The position numbers were made by a program, and so were the translations under genes. DNA of 64,000 bases, from contig NC_090378.1 in assembly GCF_036365525.1 (NCBI RefSeq), positions 118,281,593 to 118,345,592 of the forward strand, given 5' to 3'. Origin of the DNA: Heterodontus francisci (lineage: Eukaryota). The notes under the pieces were generated by a model. The model saw only the letters and a list, made by a program, of their open reading frames with translations. It did not search any database and was not told where the DNA came from. Position 1 is the stretch's first letter. Each line of letters begins with the position of its first letter. This document shows positions 51,201-64,000 of the stretch, piece by piece.

Positions 51201-54022
51201 ATTATAATATATTATATATAACTGTGGGACGTGTCAGTGCAGGAGGTGGGACTGTGTGTCCATTATTATATATTATATATAACTGTGGGACGTGTTAGTA
51301 CAGGAGGTGGGACTGTGTGTCCATTATTATATATTATATATAGCTGTGGGACGTGTCAATGCAGGAGGTGGGACTGTGTGTCCATTATTATATATTAAAT
51401 AAACTTGTGGGACGTGTCAGTGCAGGAGGTGGAACTGTGTGTCCATTATTATATATTATATATAACTGTGGAATGTGTCAGTACAGGAGGTGGGACTTTG
51501 TGTTCATTATTATTTATTATATATAACTGTGGGATGTGTCAGTACAGGAGGTGGGACTGTGTGTCCATTATTATATATTATATATAACTGTGGGATGTGT
51601 CAGTACAGGAGGTGGGACTGTGTGTCCATTATTATATATTATATATAACTGTGGGATGTGTCAGTACAGGAGGTGGGACTGTGTGTCCATTATTATATAT
51701 TATATATAACTGTGGGACGTGTCAATGCAGGAGGTGGGACTGTGTGTCCATTATTATATATTAAATAAACTTGTGGGACGTGTCAGTGCAGGAGGTGGGA
51801 CTGTGTGTCCATTATTATATATTATATATAACTGTGGAATGTGTCAGTACAGGAGGTGGGACTTTGTGTTCATTATTATTTATTATATATAACTGTGGGA
51901 TGTGTCAGTACAGGAGGTGGGACTGTGTGTCCATTATTATATATTATATATAACTGTGGAATGTGTCAGTACAGGAGGTGGGACTTTGTGTTCATTATTA
52001 TTTATTATATATAACTGTGGGATGTGTCAGTACAGGAGGTGGGACTGTGTGTCCATTATTATATATTATATATAACTGTGGGATGTGTCAGTACAGGAGG
52101 TGGGACTGTGTGTCCATTATTATATATTATATATAACTGTGGGATGTGTCAGTGCAGGAGGTGGGACTGTGTGTCCATTATTATATATTATATATAACTG
52201 TGGGCTGTGTCAGTACAGGAGGTGGGACTGTGTGTTCATTATTATTTATTATATATAGCTGTGGGACGTGTCAGTGCAGGAGGTGGGACTGTGTGTCCAT
52301 TATTATATATTATATATAACTGTGGGATGTGTCAGTACTGGAGGTGGGACTGTGTGTCCATTATTATATATTATATATAACTGTGGGATGTGTCAGTACA
52401 GGAGGTGGGACTGTGTGTCCATTATTATATATTATATATAACTGTGGGATGTGTCAGTACAGGAGGTGGGACTGTGTGTCCATTATTATATATTATATAT
52501 AACTGTGGGATGTGTCAGTACTGGAGGTGGGACTGTGTGTCCATTATTATATATTATATATAACTGTGGGATGTGTCAGTACAGGAGGTGGGACTGTGTG
52601 TCCATTATTATATATTATATATAACTGTGGGATGTGTCAGTACTGGAGGTGGGACTGTGTGTCCATTATTATATATTATATATAACTGTGGGATGTGACA
52701 GTACAGGAGGTGGGACTGTGTGTCCATTATTATATATTATATATAACTGTGGGATGTGTCAGTACAGGAGGTGGGACTGTGTGTCCGTTATTATATATTA
52801 TATATAACTGTGGGATGTGTCAGTACTGGAGGTGGGACTGTGTGTCCATTATTATATATTATATATAACTGTGGGATGTGTCAGTACAGGAGGTGGGACT
52901 GTGTGTCCATTATTATATATTATATATAACTGTGGGATGTGTCAGTACAGGAGGTGGGACTGTGTGTCCGTTATTATATATTATATATAACTGTGGGACG
53001 TGTCAGTGCAGGAGGTGGGACTGTGTGTCCATTATTATATATTATATATAACTGTGGGATGTGTCAGTACAGGAGGTGGGACTGTGTGTCCATTATTATA
53101 GATTATATATAACTGTGGAATGTGTCAGTGCAGGAGGTGGGACTTTGTGTTCATTATTATTTATTATATATAACTGTGGGATGCGTCAGTACAGGGGGTG
53201 GGACTGTGTGTCCATTACTATATATTATATATAACTGTGGAATGTGTCAGTACAGGAGGTGGGACTTTGTGTTCATTATTATTTATTATATATAACTGTG
53301 GGATGTGTCAGTACAGGAGGTGGGACTTTGTGTCCATTACTATATATTATATATAACTGTGGAATGTGTCAGTACAGGAGGTGGGACTTTGTGTTCATTA
53401 TTATTTATTATATATAACTGTGGGATGTGTCAGTACAGGAGGTGGGACTTTGTGTCCATTACTATATATTATATATAACTGTGAAATGTGTCAGTACAGG
53501 AGGTGGGACTTTGTGTTCATTATTATTTATTATATATAACTGTGGGATGTGTCAGTACAGGAGGTGGGACATTGTGTCCATTACTATATATTATATATAA
53601 CTGTGGAATGTGTCAGTACAGGAGGTGGGACTTTGTGTCCATTATTATATATTATATATAACTGTGGGATGTGTCGGTACAGGAGGTGGGACTTTGTGTC
53701 CATTATTATATATTATATATAACTGTGGGTTCTGTCAGTACAGGAGGTGGGACTTTGTTTCCATTACTATATATTATATATAACTGTGGGATGTGTCAGT
53801 ACAGGAGGTGGGACTTTGTGTCCATTATTATATATTATATATAACTGTGGGATGTGTCGGTACAGGAGGTGGGACTTTGTGTCCATTATTATATATTATA
53901 TATAACTGTGGGATGTGTCAGTACAGGAGGTGGGACTGTGTGTTCATTATTATTTATTATATATAACAGTGGGTTCTGTCAGTACAGGAGGTGGGACTTT
54001 GTGTCCATTACTATATATTATA

Positions 54023-54505
54023 TTTCTTTTGGGCCTCCTTATCTCGAGAGACAATGGATACGCGCCTGGAGGTGGTCAGTGGTTTGTGAAGCAGCGCCTG
54101 GAGTGGCTATAAAGGCCAATTCTGGAGTAACAGGCTCTTCCACAGGTGCTGCAGAGAAATTTGTTTGTTGGGGCTGTTGCACAGTTGGCTCTCCCCTTGC
54201 GCCTCTGTCTTTTTTCCTGCCAACTACTAAGTCTCTTCGACTCGCCACAATTTAGCCCTGTCTTTATGGCTGCCCGCCAGCTCTGGCGAATGCTGGCAAC
54301 TGACTCCCACGACTTGTGATCAATGTCACACGATTTCATGTCGCGTTTGCAGACGTCTTTATAACGGAGACATGGACGGCCGGTGGGTCTGATACCAGTG
54401 GCGAGCTCGCTGTACAATGTGTCTTTGGGGATCCTGCCATCTTCCATGCGGCTCACATGGCCAAGCCATCTCAAGCGCCGCTGACTCAGTAGTGTGTATA
54501 AGCTG
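54023..54505 (-). mobile_element. RTE-clade LINE 3' fragment inserted in the 61-bp array
   Basis: RWLGHVSRMEDGRIPKDTLYSEL..GRPCLRYKD; C-terminal CSTCGRACYSRIGLYSH; short 3'UTR ending ..ggcccaaaagaaa. Confidence 0.9.
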
Positions 54506-57500
54506 TATAGTGTGTATAGTGTGTATAATATATATATTATATATAACTGTGGGATGTGTCAGTACAGGAGGTGGGACTTTGTGTCCATTATTATATATTA
54601 TATATAAACGTGGGATGCGTCAGTACAGGAGGTGGGACTTTGTGTCCATTACTATATATTATATATAACTGTGGGATGCGTCAGTGCAGGAGGTGGGACT
54701 TTGTGTCCATTATTATATATTATATATAACTGTGGGATGCGTCAGTACAGGAGGTGGGACTTTGTGTCCATTACTATATATTATATATAACTGTGGAATG
54801 TGTCAGTACAGGAGGTGGGACTTTGTGTCCAATACTATATATTATATATAACTGTGGGATGCGTCAGTGCATGAGGTGGGACTGTGTGTTCATTATTATT
54901 TATTATATATAACTGTGGGATGTGTCAGTACAGGAGGTGGGACTTTGTGTCCATTACTATATATTATATATAACTGTGGAATGTGTCAGTACCGGAGGTG
55001 GGACTTTGTGTCCATTACTAGATATTATATATAACTGTGGGATGTGTCAGTACAGGAGGTGGGACTGTGTGTCCATTATTATATATTATATATAACTGTG
55101 GAATGTGTCAGTACAGGAGGTGGGACTTTGTGTCCATTACTATATATTATATATAACTGTGGGATGTGTCAGTACAGGAGGTGGGACTTTGTGTCCATTA
55201 CTATATATTATATATTACTGTGGAATGTGTCAGTACAGGAGGTGGGACTTTGTGTCCATTACTATATATTATATATAACTGTGGGATGTGTCAGTACAGG
55301 AGGTGGGACTGTGTGTTCATTATTATTTATTATATATAACTGTGGGATGTGTCAGTACAGGAGGTGGGACTTTGTGTCCATTACTATATATTATATATTA
55401 CTGTGGAATGTGTCAGTACAGGAGGTGGGACTTTGTGTCCATTACTATATATTATATATAACTGTGGGTTGTGTCAGTACAGGAGGTGGGACTGTGTGTT
55501 CATTATTATTTATTATATATAACTGTGGGATGTGTCAGTACAGGAGGTGGGACTGTGTGTTCACTATTATTTATTATATATAACTGTGGGATGTGTCAGT
55601 ACAGGAGGTGGGACTGTGTGTCCATTATTATAGATTATATATAACTGTGGAATGTGTCAGTGCAGGAGGTGGGACTTTGTGTTCATTATTATTTATTATA
55701 TATAACAGTGGGATGTGTCAGTACAGGAGGTGGGACTGTGTGTCCATTATTATAGATTATATATAACCGTGGAATGTGTCAGTACAGGAGGTGGGACTGT
55801 GTGTTCATTATTATTTATTATATATAACTGTGGGATGTGTCAGTACAGGAGGTGGGACTGTGTGTCCATTATTATAGATTATATATAACTGTGGAATGTG
55901 TCAGTGCAGGAGGTGGGACTTTGTGTTCATTATTATTTATTATATATAACTGTGGGATGTGTCAGTACAAGAGGTGGGACTGTGTGTCCATTATTATATA
56001 TTATATATTACTGTGGGATGTGTCAGTACAGGAGGTGGGACTGTGTGTCCATTATTATAGATTATATATAACTGTGGAATGTGTCAGTGCAGGAGGTGGG
56101 ACTTTGTGTTCATTATTATTTATTATATATAACTGTGGGATGTGTCAGTACAAGAGGTGGGACTGTGTGTCCATTATTATATATTATATATTACTGTGGG
56201 ATGTGTCAGTACAGGAGGTGGGACTGTGTGTCCATTATTATAGATTATATATAACTGTGTGATGTGTCAGTACAGGAGGTGGGACTTTGTGTCCATTACT
56301 ATATATTATATATAACTGTGGGATGCGTCAGTACAGGAGGTGGGACTGTGTGTTCATTATTATTTATAACATATAACTGTGGGATGTGTCAGTACAGGAG
56401 GTGGGACTTTGTGTCCATTACCATATATTATATATAACTGTGGGATGTGTCAGTACAGGAGGTGGGACTGTGTGTTCATTATTATTTATTATATATAACA
56501 GAGGGTTCTGTCAGTACAGGAGGTGGGACTTTGTGTCCATTACTATATATTATATATAACTGTGGGATGTGTCAGTACAGGAGGTGGGACTTTGTGTCCA
56601 TTATTATATATTATATATAACTGTGGGATGCGTCAGTACAGGAGCTGGGACTTTGTGTCCATTACTATATATTATATATAACTGTGGAATGTGTCAGTAC
56701 AGGAGGTGGGACTATGTGTCCATTACTATATATTATATATAACTGTGGAATGTGTCAGTACAGGAGATGGGACTTTGTGTCCATTACTATATATTATATA
56801 TAACTGTGGAATGTGTCAGTACAGGAGGTGGGACTTTGTGTCCAATACTATATATTATATATAACTGTGTGTTGCGTCAGTACAGGAGGTGGGACTGTGT
56901 ATTCATTATTATTTATTATATATAACTGTGGGATGTGTCAGTACAGGAGGTGGGACTTTGTGTCCATTACTATATATGAGATATAACTGTGGAATGTGTC
57001 AGTACAGGAGGTGGGACTTTGTGTCCATTACTATATATTATATATAACTGTGGAATGTGTCAGTACAGGAGGTGGGACTTTGTGTCCATTACTATATATT
57101 ATATATAACTGTGGAATGTGTCAGTACAGGAGGTGGGACTTTGTGTCCAATACTATATATTATATATAACTGTGGTATGTTTCATTGCAGGAGGTGGGAC
57201 TGTGTGTCCATTATTATATATTATATATTACTGTGGGATGTGTCAGAGCGGGAGGTGGGACTGGGTGTCCATTATTATATAATATATATTACTTTGGGAT
57301 GTGTCAGTACAGGAGGTGGGACCGTGTGTGCATTAATATATATTAGATAAACCTGTGGCATGTGTCAGTACAGGAGGTGAGTCTGTGTGTCCAAAATTAT
57401 GCATTATATATAACTGTGGGATGTGTCAGTCCGGGAGGTGTTACTGTTTGTACATTATCATATATTATATATAACTATGGGATGTGTCAGTACAGGAGGT

Positions 57501-60500
57501 GGGACTGTGTGTTCATTATTATTTATTATATATAACTGTGGGATGTGTCAGTACAGGAGGTGGGACTGTGAGTCCATTATTATATCTTATATAAACACTG
57601 TGGGATGTGTCAGTGCGGGAGGTGGGATTCTGTGTCCATCATTATGTATTGTATGTAACTATGGGATGTGTCAGTACAGGAGGTGGGACTGTGTGTTCAT
57701 TATTATTTATTATATATAACTGTGGAATGTGTCAGTACAGGAGGTGGGACTTTGTGTCCATTACTATATATTATATATAACTGTGGAATGTGTCAGTACA
57801 GGAGGTGGGACTTTGTGTCCATGACTATATATTATATATAACTGTGGGATGTGTCAGTACAGGAGGTGTGACTGTGTGTCCATTATTATATATTATATAT
57901 AACTGTGGAATGTGTCAGTACAGGAGGTGGGACTTTGTGTCCATTACTATATATTATATATAACTGTGGGATGTGTCAGTACAGGAGGTGGGACTGTGTG
58001 TTCATTATTATTTATTATATATAACTGTGGGATGTGTCAGTACAGGAGGTGGGACTTTGTGTCCATTACTATATCTTATATATTACTGTGGAATGTGTCA
58101 GTACAGGAGGTGGGACTTTGTGTCCATTACTATATATTATATATAACTGTGGGATGTGTCAGTACAGGAGGTGGGACTGTGTGTTCATTATTATTTATTA
58201 TATATAACTGTGGGATGTGTCAGTACAGGAGGTGGGACTGTGTGTTCATTATTATTTATTATATATAACTGTGGGATGTGCCAGTACAGGAGGTGGGACT
58301 TTGTGTCCATTACTATTTTTTATATATAACTGTGGAATGTGTCAGTACAGGAGGTGGGACTTTGTGTCCATTACTATATATTATATATAACTGTGGGATG
58401 TGTCAGTACAGGAGGTGTGACTGTGTGTCCATTATTATATATTATATATAACTGTGGAATGTGTCAGTACAGGAGGTGGGACTTTGTGTCCATTACTATA
58501 TATTATATATAACTGTGGGATGTGTCAGTACAGGAGGTGGGACTGTGTGTTCATTATTATTTATTATATATAACTGTGGGATGTGTCAGTACAGGAGGTG
58601 GGACTTTGTGTCCATTACTATATCTTATATATTACTGTGGAATGTGTCAGTACAGGAGGTGGGACTTTGTGTCCATTACTATATATTATATATAACTGTG
58701 GGATGTGTCAGTACAGGAGGTGGGACTGTGTGTTCATTATTATTTATTATATATAACTGTGGGATGTGTCAGTACAGGAGGTGGGACTGTGTGTTCATTA
58801 TTATTTATTATATATAACTGTGGGATGTGCCAGTACAGGAGGTGGGACTTTGTGTCCATTACTATTTTTTATATATAACTGTGGAATGTGTCAGTACAGG
58901 AGGTGGGACTTTGTGTCCATTACTATATATTATATATAACTGTGGGATGTGTCAGTACAGGAGGTGGGACTGTGTGTTCATTATTATTTATTATATATAA
59001 CTGTGGGATGTGACAGTACAGGAGGTGGGACTGTGTGTCCATTATTATATATTATATATAACTGTGGGATGTGTCAGTACAGGAGGTGGGACTGTGTGTT
59101 CATTATTATTTATTATATATAACTGTGGGATGTGACAGTACAGGAGGTGGGACTTTGTGTCCATTACTATATATTATATATAACTGTGGGATGTGTCAGT
59201 GCAGGAGGTGGGACTTTGTGTCCATTACTAAATATTATATATAACTGTGGGATGTGTCAGTACAGGAGGTGGGACTGTGTGTTCATTATTATTTATTATA
59301 TATAACTGTGGGATGTGACAGTACAGGAGGTGGGACTTTGTGTCCATTACTATATATTATATATAACTGTGGGATGTGTCAGTACAGGAGGTGGGACTGT
59401 GTGTCCATTATTATATATTATATATAACTGTGGGATGTGTCAGTGCAGGAGGTGGGACTTTGTGTCCATTACTAAATATTATATATAACTGTGGGATGTG
59501 TCAGTACAGGAGGTGGGACTGTGTGTTCATTATTATTTATTATATATAACTGTGGGATGTGTCAGTACAGGAGGTGGGACTGTATGTCCATTACTATATA
59601 TTATAAATAACTGTGGAATGTGTCAGTACAGGAGGTGGGACTTTGTGTCCATTACTATATATTATATATAACTGTGGAATGTGTCAGTACAGGAGGTGGG
59701 ACATTGTGTCCATTACTATATATTATATATAACTGTGGAATGTGTCAGTACAGGAGGTGGGACTGTGAGTCCATTATTATATCTTATATAAACACTTTGG
59801 GATGTGTCAGTGCGGGAGGTGGGACTGTGTGTCCATTAATATATATTATATATAACTCTGGAATGTGTCAGTACAGGAGGTGGGACTGTGTGTCCATTAT
59901 TATTTATTATATATAACTGTGGGATGTGTCAAGACAGGAGGTGGGACTTTGTGTTCATTATTATTTATTATATATAACTGTGGGATGTGTCAGTACAGGA
60001 GGTGGGACTGTGTGTCCATTATAATATATTATATATAACTGTGGGACGTGTCAGTGCAGGAGGTGGGACTGTGTGTCCATTATTATATATTATATATAAC
60101 TGTGGGACGTGTTAGTACAGGAGGTGGGACTGTGTGTCCATTATTATATATTATATATAGCTGTGGGACGTGTCAATGCAGGAGGTGGGACTGTGTGTCC
60201 ATTATTATATATTAAATAAACTTGTGGGACGTGTCAGTGCAGGAGGTGGGACTGTGTGTCCATTATTATATATTATATATAACTGTGGAATGTGTCAGTA
60301 CAGGAGGTGGGACTTTGTGTTCATTATTATTTATTATATATAACTGTGGGATGTGTCAGTACAGGAGGTGGGACTGTGTGTCCATTATTATATATTATAT
60401 ATAACTGTGGGACGTGTCAGTGCAGGAGGTGGGACTGTGTGTCCATTATTATATATTATATATAACTGTGGGCTGTGTCAGTACAGGAGGTGGGACTGTG

Positions 60501-61741
60501 TGTTCATTATTATTTATTATATATAGCTGTGGGACGTGTCAGTGCAGGAGGTGGGACTGTGTGTCCATTATTATATATTATATATAACTGTGGGATGTGT
60601 CAGTACTGGAGGTGGGACTGTGTGTCCATTATTATATATTATATATAACTGTGGGATGTGTCAGTACAGGAGGTGGGACTGTGTGTCCATTATTATATAT
60701 TATATATAACTGTGGGATGTGTCAGTACAGGAGGTGGGACTGTGTGTCCGTTATTATATATTATATATAACTGTGGGACGTGTCAGTGCAGGAGGTGGGA
60801 CTGTGTGTCCATTATTATATATTATATATAACTGTGGGATGTGTCAGTACAGGAGGTGGGACTGTGTGTCCATTATTATAGATTATATATAACTGTGGAA
60901 TGTGTCAGTGCAGGAGGTGGGACTTTGTGTTCATTATTATTTATTATATATAACTGTGGGATGCGTCAGTACAGGGGGTGGGACTGTGTGTCCATTACTA
61001 TATATTATATATAACTGTGGGATGCGTCAGTACAGGGGGTGGGACTGTGTGTTCATTATTATTTATTACATATAACTGTGGGATGTGTCAGTACTGGAGG
61101 TGGGACTTTGTGTCCATTACTATATATTATATATAACTGTGGAATGTGTCAGTACAGGAGGTGGGACTGTGTGTTCATTATTATGTATTATATATAACTG
61201 TGGGATGTGTCAGTACAGGAGGTGGGACTGTGTGTTCATTATTATTTATTATATATAACTGTGGGACGTGTCAGTACAGGAGGTGGGACTTTGTGTCCAT
61301 TACTATATATTATATATAACTGTGGAATGTGTCAGTGCAGGAGGTGGGACTTTGTGTCCATTATTATATATTATATATAACTGTGGGATGTGTCGGTACA
61401 GGAGGTGGGACTTTGTGTCCATTATTATATATTATATATAACTGTGGGTTCTGTCAGTACAGGAGGTGGGACTTTGTTTCCATTACTATATATTATATAT
61501 AACTGTGGGATGTGTCAGTACAGGAGGTGGGACTTTGTGTCCATTATTATATATTATATATAACTGTGGGATGTGTCGGTACAGGAGGTGGGACTTTGTG
61601 TCCATTATTATATATTATATATAACTGTGGGATGTGTCAGTACAGGAGGTGGGACTGTGTGTTCATTATTATTTATTATATATAACAGTGGGTTCTGTCA
61701 GTACAGGAGGTGGGACTTTGTGTCCATTACTATATATTATA

Positions 61742-62224
61742 TTTCTTTTGGGCCTCCTTATCTCGAGAGACAATGGATACGTGCCTGGAGGTGGTCAGTG
61801 GTTTGTGAAGCAGCGCCTGGAGTGGCTATAAAGGCCAATTCTGGAGTAACAGGCTCTTCCACAGGTGCTGCAGAGAAATTTGTTTGTTGGGGCTGTTGCA
61901 CAGTTGGCTCTCCCCTTGCGCCTCTGTCTTTTTTCCTGCCAACTACTAAGTCTCTTCGACTCGCCACAATTTAGCCCTGTCTTTATGGCTGCCCGCCAGC
62001 TCTGGCGAATGCTGGCAACTGACTCCCACGACTTGTGATCAATGTCACACGATTTCATGTCGCGTTTGCAGACGTCTTTATAACGGAGACATGGACGGCC
62101 GGTGGGTCTGATACCAGTGGCGAGCTCGCTGTACAATGTGTCTTTGGGGATCCTGCCATCTTCCATGCGGCTCACATGGCCAAGCCATCTCAAGCGCCGC
62201 TGACTCAGTAGTGTGTATAAGCTG
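61742..62224 (-). mobile_element. Duplicate copy of the RTE fragment (offset 7719 bp)
   Basis: Identical 132-aa ORF and identical junctions; one substitution noticed (atacgcgcc vs atacgtgcc). Confidence 0.9.
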
Positions 62225-64000
62225 TATAGTGTGTATAGTGTGTATAATATATATATTATATATAACTGTGGGATGTGTCAGTACAGGAGGTGGGACTTTG
62301 TGTCCATTATTATATATTATATATAACTGTGGGATGCGTCAGTACAGGAGGTGGGACTTTGTGTCCATTACTATATATTATATATAACTGTGGGATGCGT
62401 CAGTGCAGGAGGTGGGACTTTGTGTCCATTATTATATATTATATATAACTGTGGGATGCGTCAGTACAGGAGGTGGGACTTTGTGTCCATTACTATATAT
62501 TATATATAACTGTGGAATGTGTCAGTACAGGAGGTGGGACTTTGTGTCCAATACTATATATTATATATAACTGTGGGATGCGTCAGTGCAGGAGGTGGGA
62601 CTGTGTGTTCATTATTATTTATTATATATAACTGTGGGATGTGTCAGTACAGGAGGTGGGACTTTCTGTCCATTACTATATATTATATATAACTGTGGAA
62701 TGTGTCAGTACCGGAGGTGGGACTTTGTGTCCATTACTAGATATTATATATAACTGTGGGATGTGTCAGTACAGGAGGTGGGACTGTGTGTCCATTATTA
62801 TATATTATATATAACTGTGGAATGTGTCAGTACAGGAGGTGGGACTTTGTGTCCATTACTATATATTATATATAACTGTGGGATGTGTCAGTACAGGAGG
62901 TGGGACTGTGTGTTCATTATTATTTATTATATATAACTGTGGGATGTGTCAGTACAGGAGGTGGGACTTTGTGTCCATTACTATATATTATATATTACTG
63001 TGGAATGTGTCAGTACAGGAGGTGGGACTTTGTGTCCATTACTATATATTATATATAACTGTGGGATGTGTCAGTACAGGAGGTGGGACTGTGTGTTCAT
63101 TATTATTTATTATATATAACTGTGGGATGTGTCAGTACAGGAGGTGGGACTTTGTGTCCATTACTATATATTATATATAACTGTGGGATGCGTCAGTGCA
63201 GGAGGTGGGACTTTGTGTCCATTATTATATATTATATATAACTGTGGGATGCGTCAGTACAGGAGGTGGGACTTTGTGTCCATTACTATATATTATATAT
63301 AACTGTGGAATGTGTCAGTACAGGAGGTGGGACTTTGTGTCCAATACTATATATTATATATAACTGTGGGATGCGTCAGTGCAGGAGGTGGGACTGTGTG
63401 TTCATTATTATTTATTATATATAACTGTGGGATGTGTCAGTACAGGAGGTGGGACTTTCTGTCCATTACTATATATTATATATAACTGTGGAATGTGTCA
63501 GTACCGGAGGTGGGACTTTGTGTCCATTACTAGATATTATATATAACTGTGGGATGTGTCAGTACAGGAGGTGGGACTGTGTGTCCATTATTATATATTA
63601 TATATAACTGTGGAATGTGTCAGTACAGGAGGTGGGACTTTGTGTCCATTACTATATATTATATATAACTGTGGGATGTGTCAGTACAGGAGGTGGGACT
63701 GTGTGTTCATTATTATTTATTATATATAACTGTGGGATGTGTCAGTACAGGAGGTGGGACTTTGTGTCCATTACTATATATTATATATTACTGTGGAATG
63801 TGTCAGTACAGGAGGTGGGACTTTGTGTCCATTACTATATATTATATATAACTGTGGGATGTGTCAGTACAGGAGGTGGGACTGTGTGTTCATTATTATT
63901 TATTATATATAACTGTGGGATGTGTCAGTACAGGAGGTGGGACTTTGTGTCCATTACTATATATTATATATTACTGTGGAATGTGTCAGTACAGGAGGTG

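Larger units (their letters stand above)
48541..64000 (+). repeat. 61-bp (some 60/62-bp) tandem satellite, about 240 copies, running off the right window edge; unit resembles a 23-RSS plus J 5' end
   Basis: Consensus ggact[gt]tgt gtccatta[tc]tatatattatatat aactgtg ggatgtgtcagtacaggaggtg. Confidence 0.99.

Noticed and set aside
53140-64000. NF-kB-like GGGACTTT motifs in the 61-bp satellite
   Set aside because: The sequence is GGGACTTTGT, lacking the terminal CC of the kB site, and is better explained as the nonamer-like element.

Overview
Eukaryotic, repeat-dense genomic DNA, most likely from a cartilaginous fish (shark): the Ig sequence and the CR1/Tx1/RTE/Penelope/DeuSINE-type repeats fit this. 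The only recognisable host gene parts are an immunoglobulin kappa-type (shark type III/NS4-like) light-chain J-C unit on the minus strand. It has an intact C exon (38534-38862) and one unrearranged J segment (45774-45808) with a 23-bp-spacer RSS. No V segment is visible. The rest is retroelements, including a young 5'-truncated Tx1-like LINE with an 11-bp TSD, DNA-transposon remnants and four tandem arrays (36, 34, 45 and 61 bp units). The main result of the hunt is that two of the large arrays look like amplified pieces of Ig genes. The 61-bp unit (48.5-64 kb, about 240 copies) reads as nonamer-like / 23-bp spacer / heptamer-like / J-like (D-V-[F]-G/S-T-G) sequence, i.e. a tandem array of 23-RSS-pseudo-J units next to the real J. 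The 36-bp unit (1-8 kb, about 220 copies) encodes SVYSGTSHFTIQ, which matches the Ig C-domain E strand, and runs in frame into a light-chain-like C-terminus (..C-LTH..S.C-stop). Both interpretations come from manual alignment and need computational confirmation. Most long ORFs in the track are by-products of these arrays.
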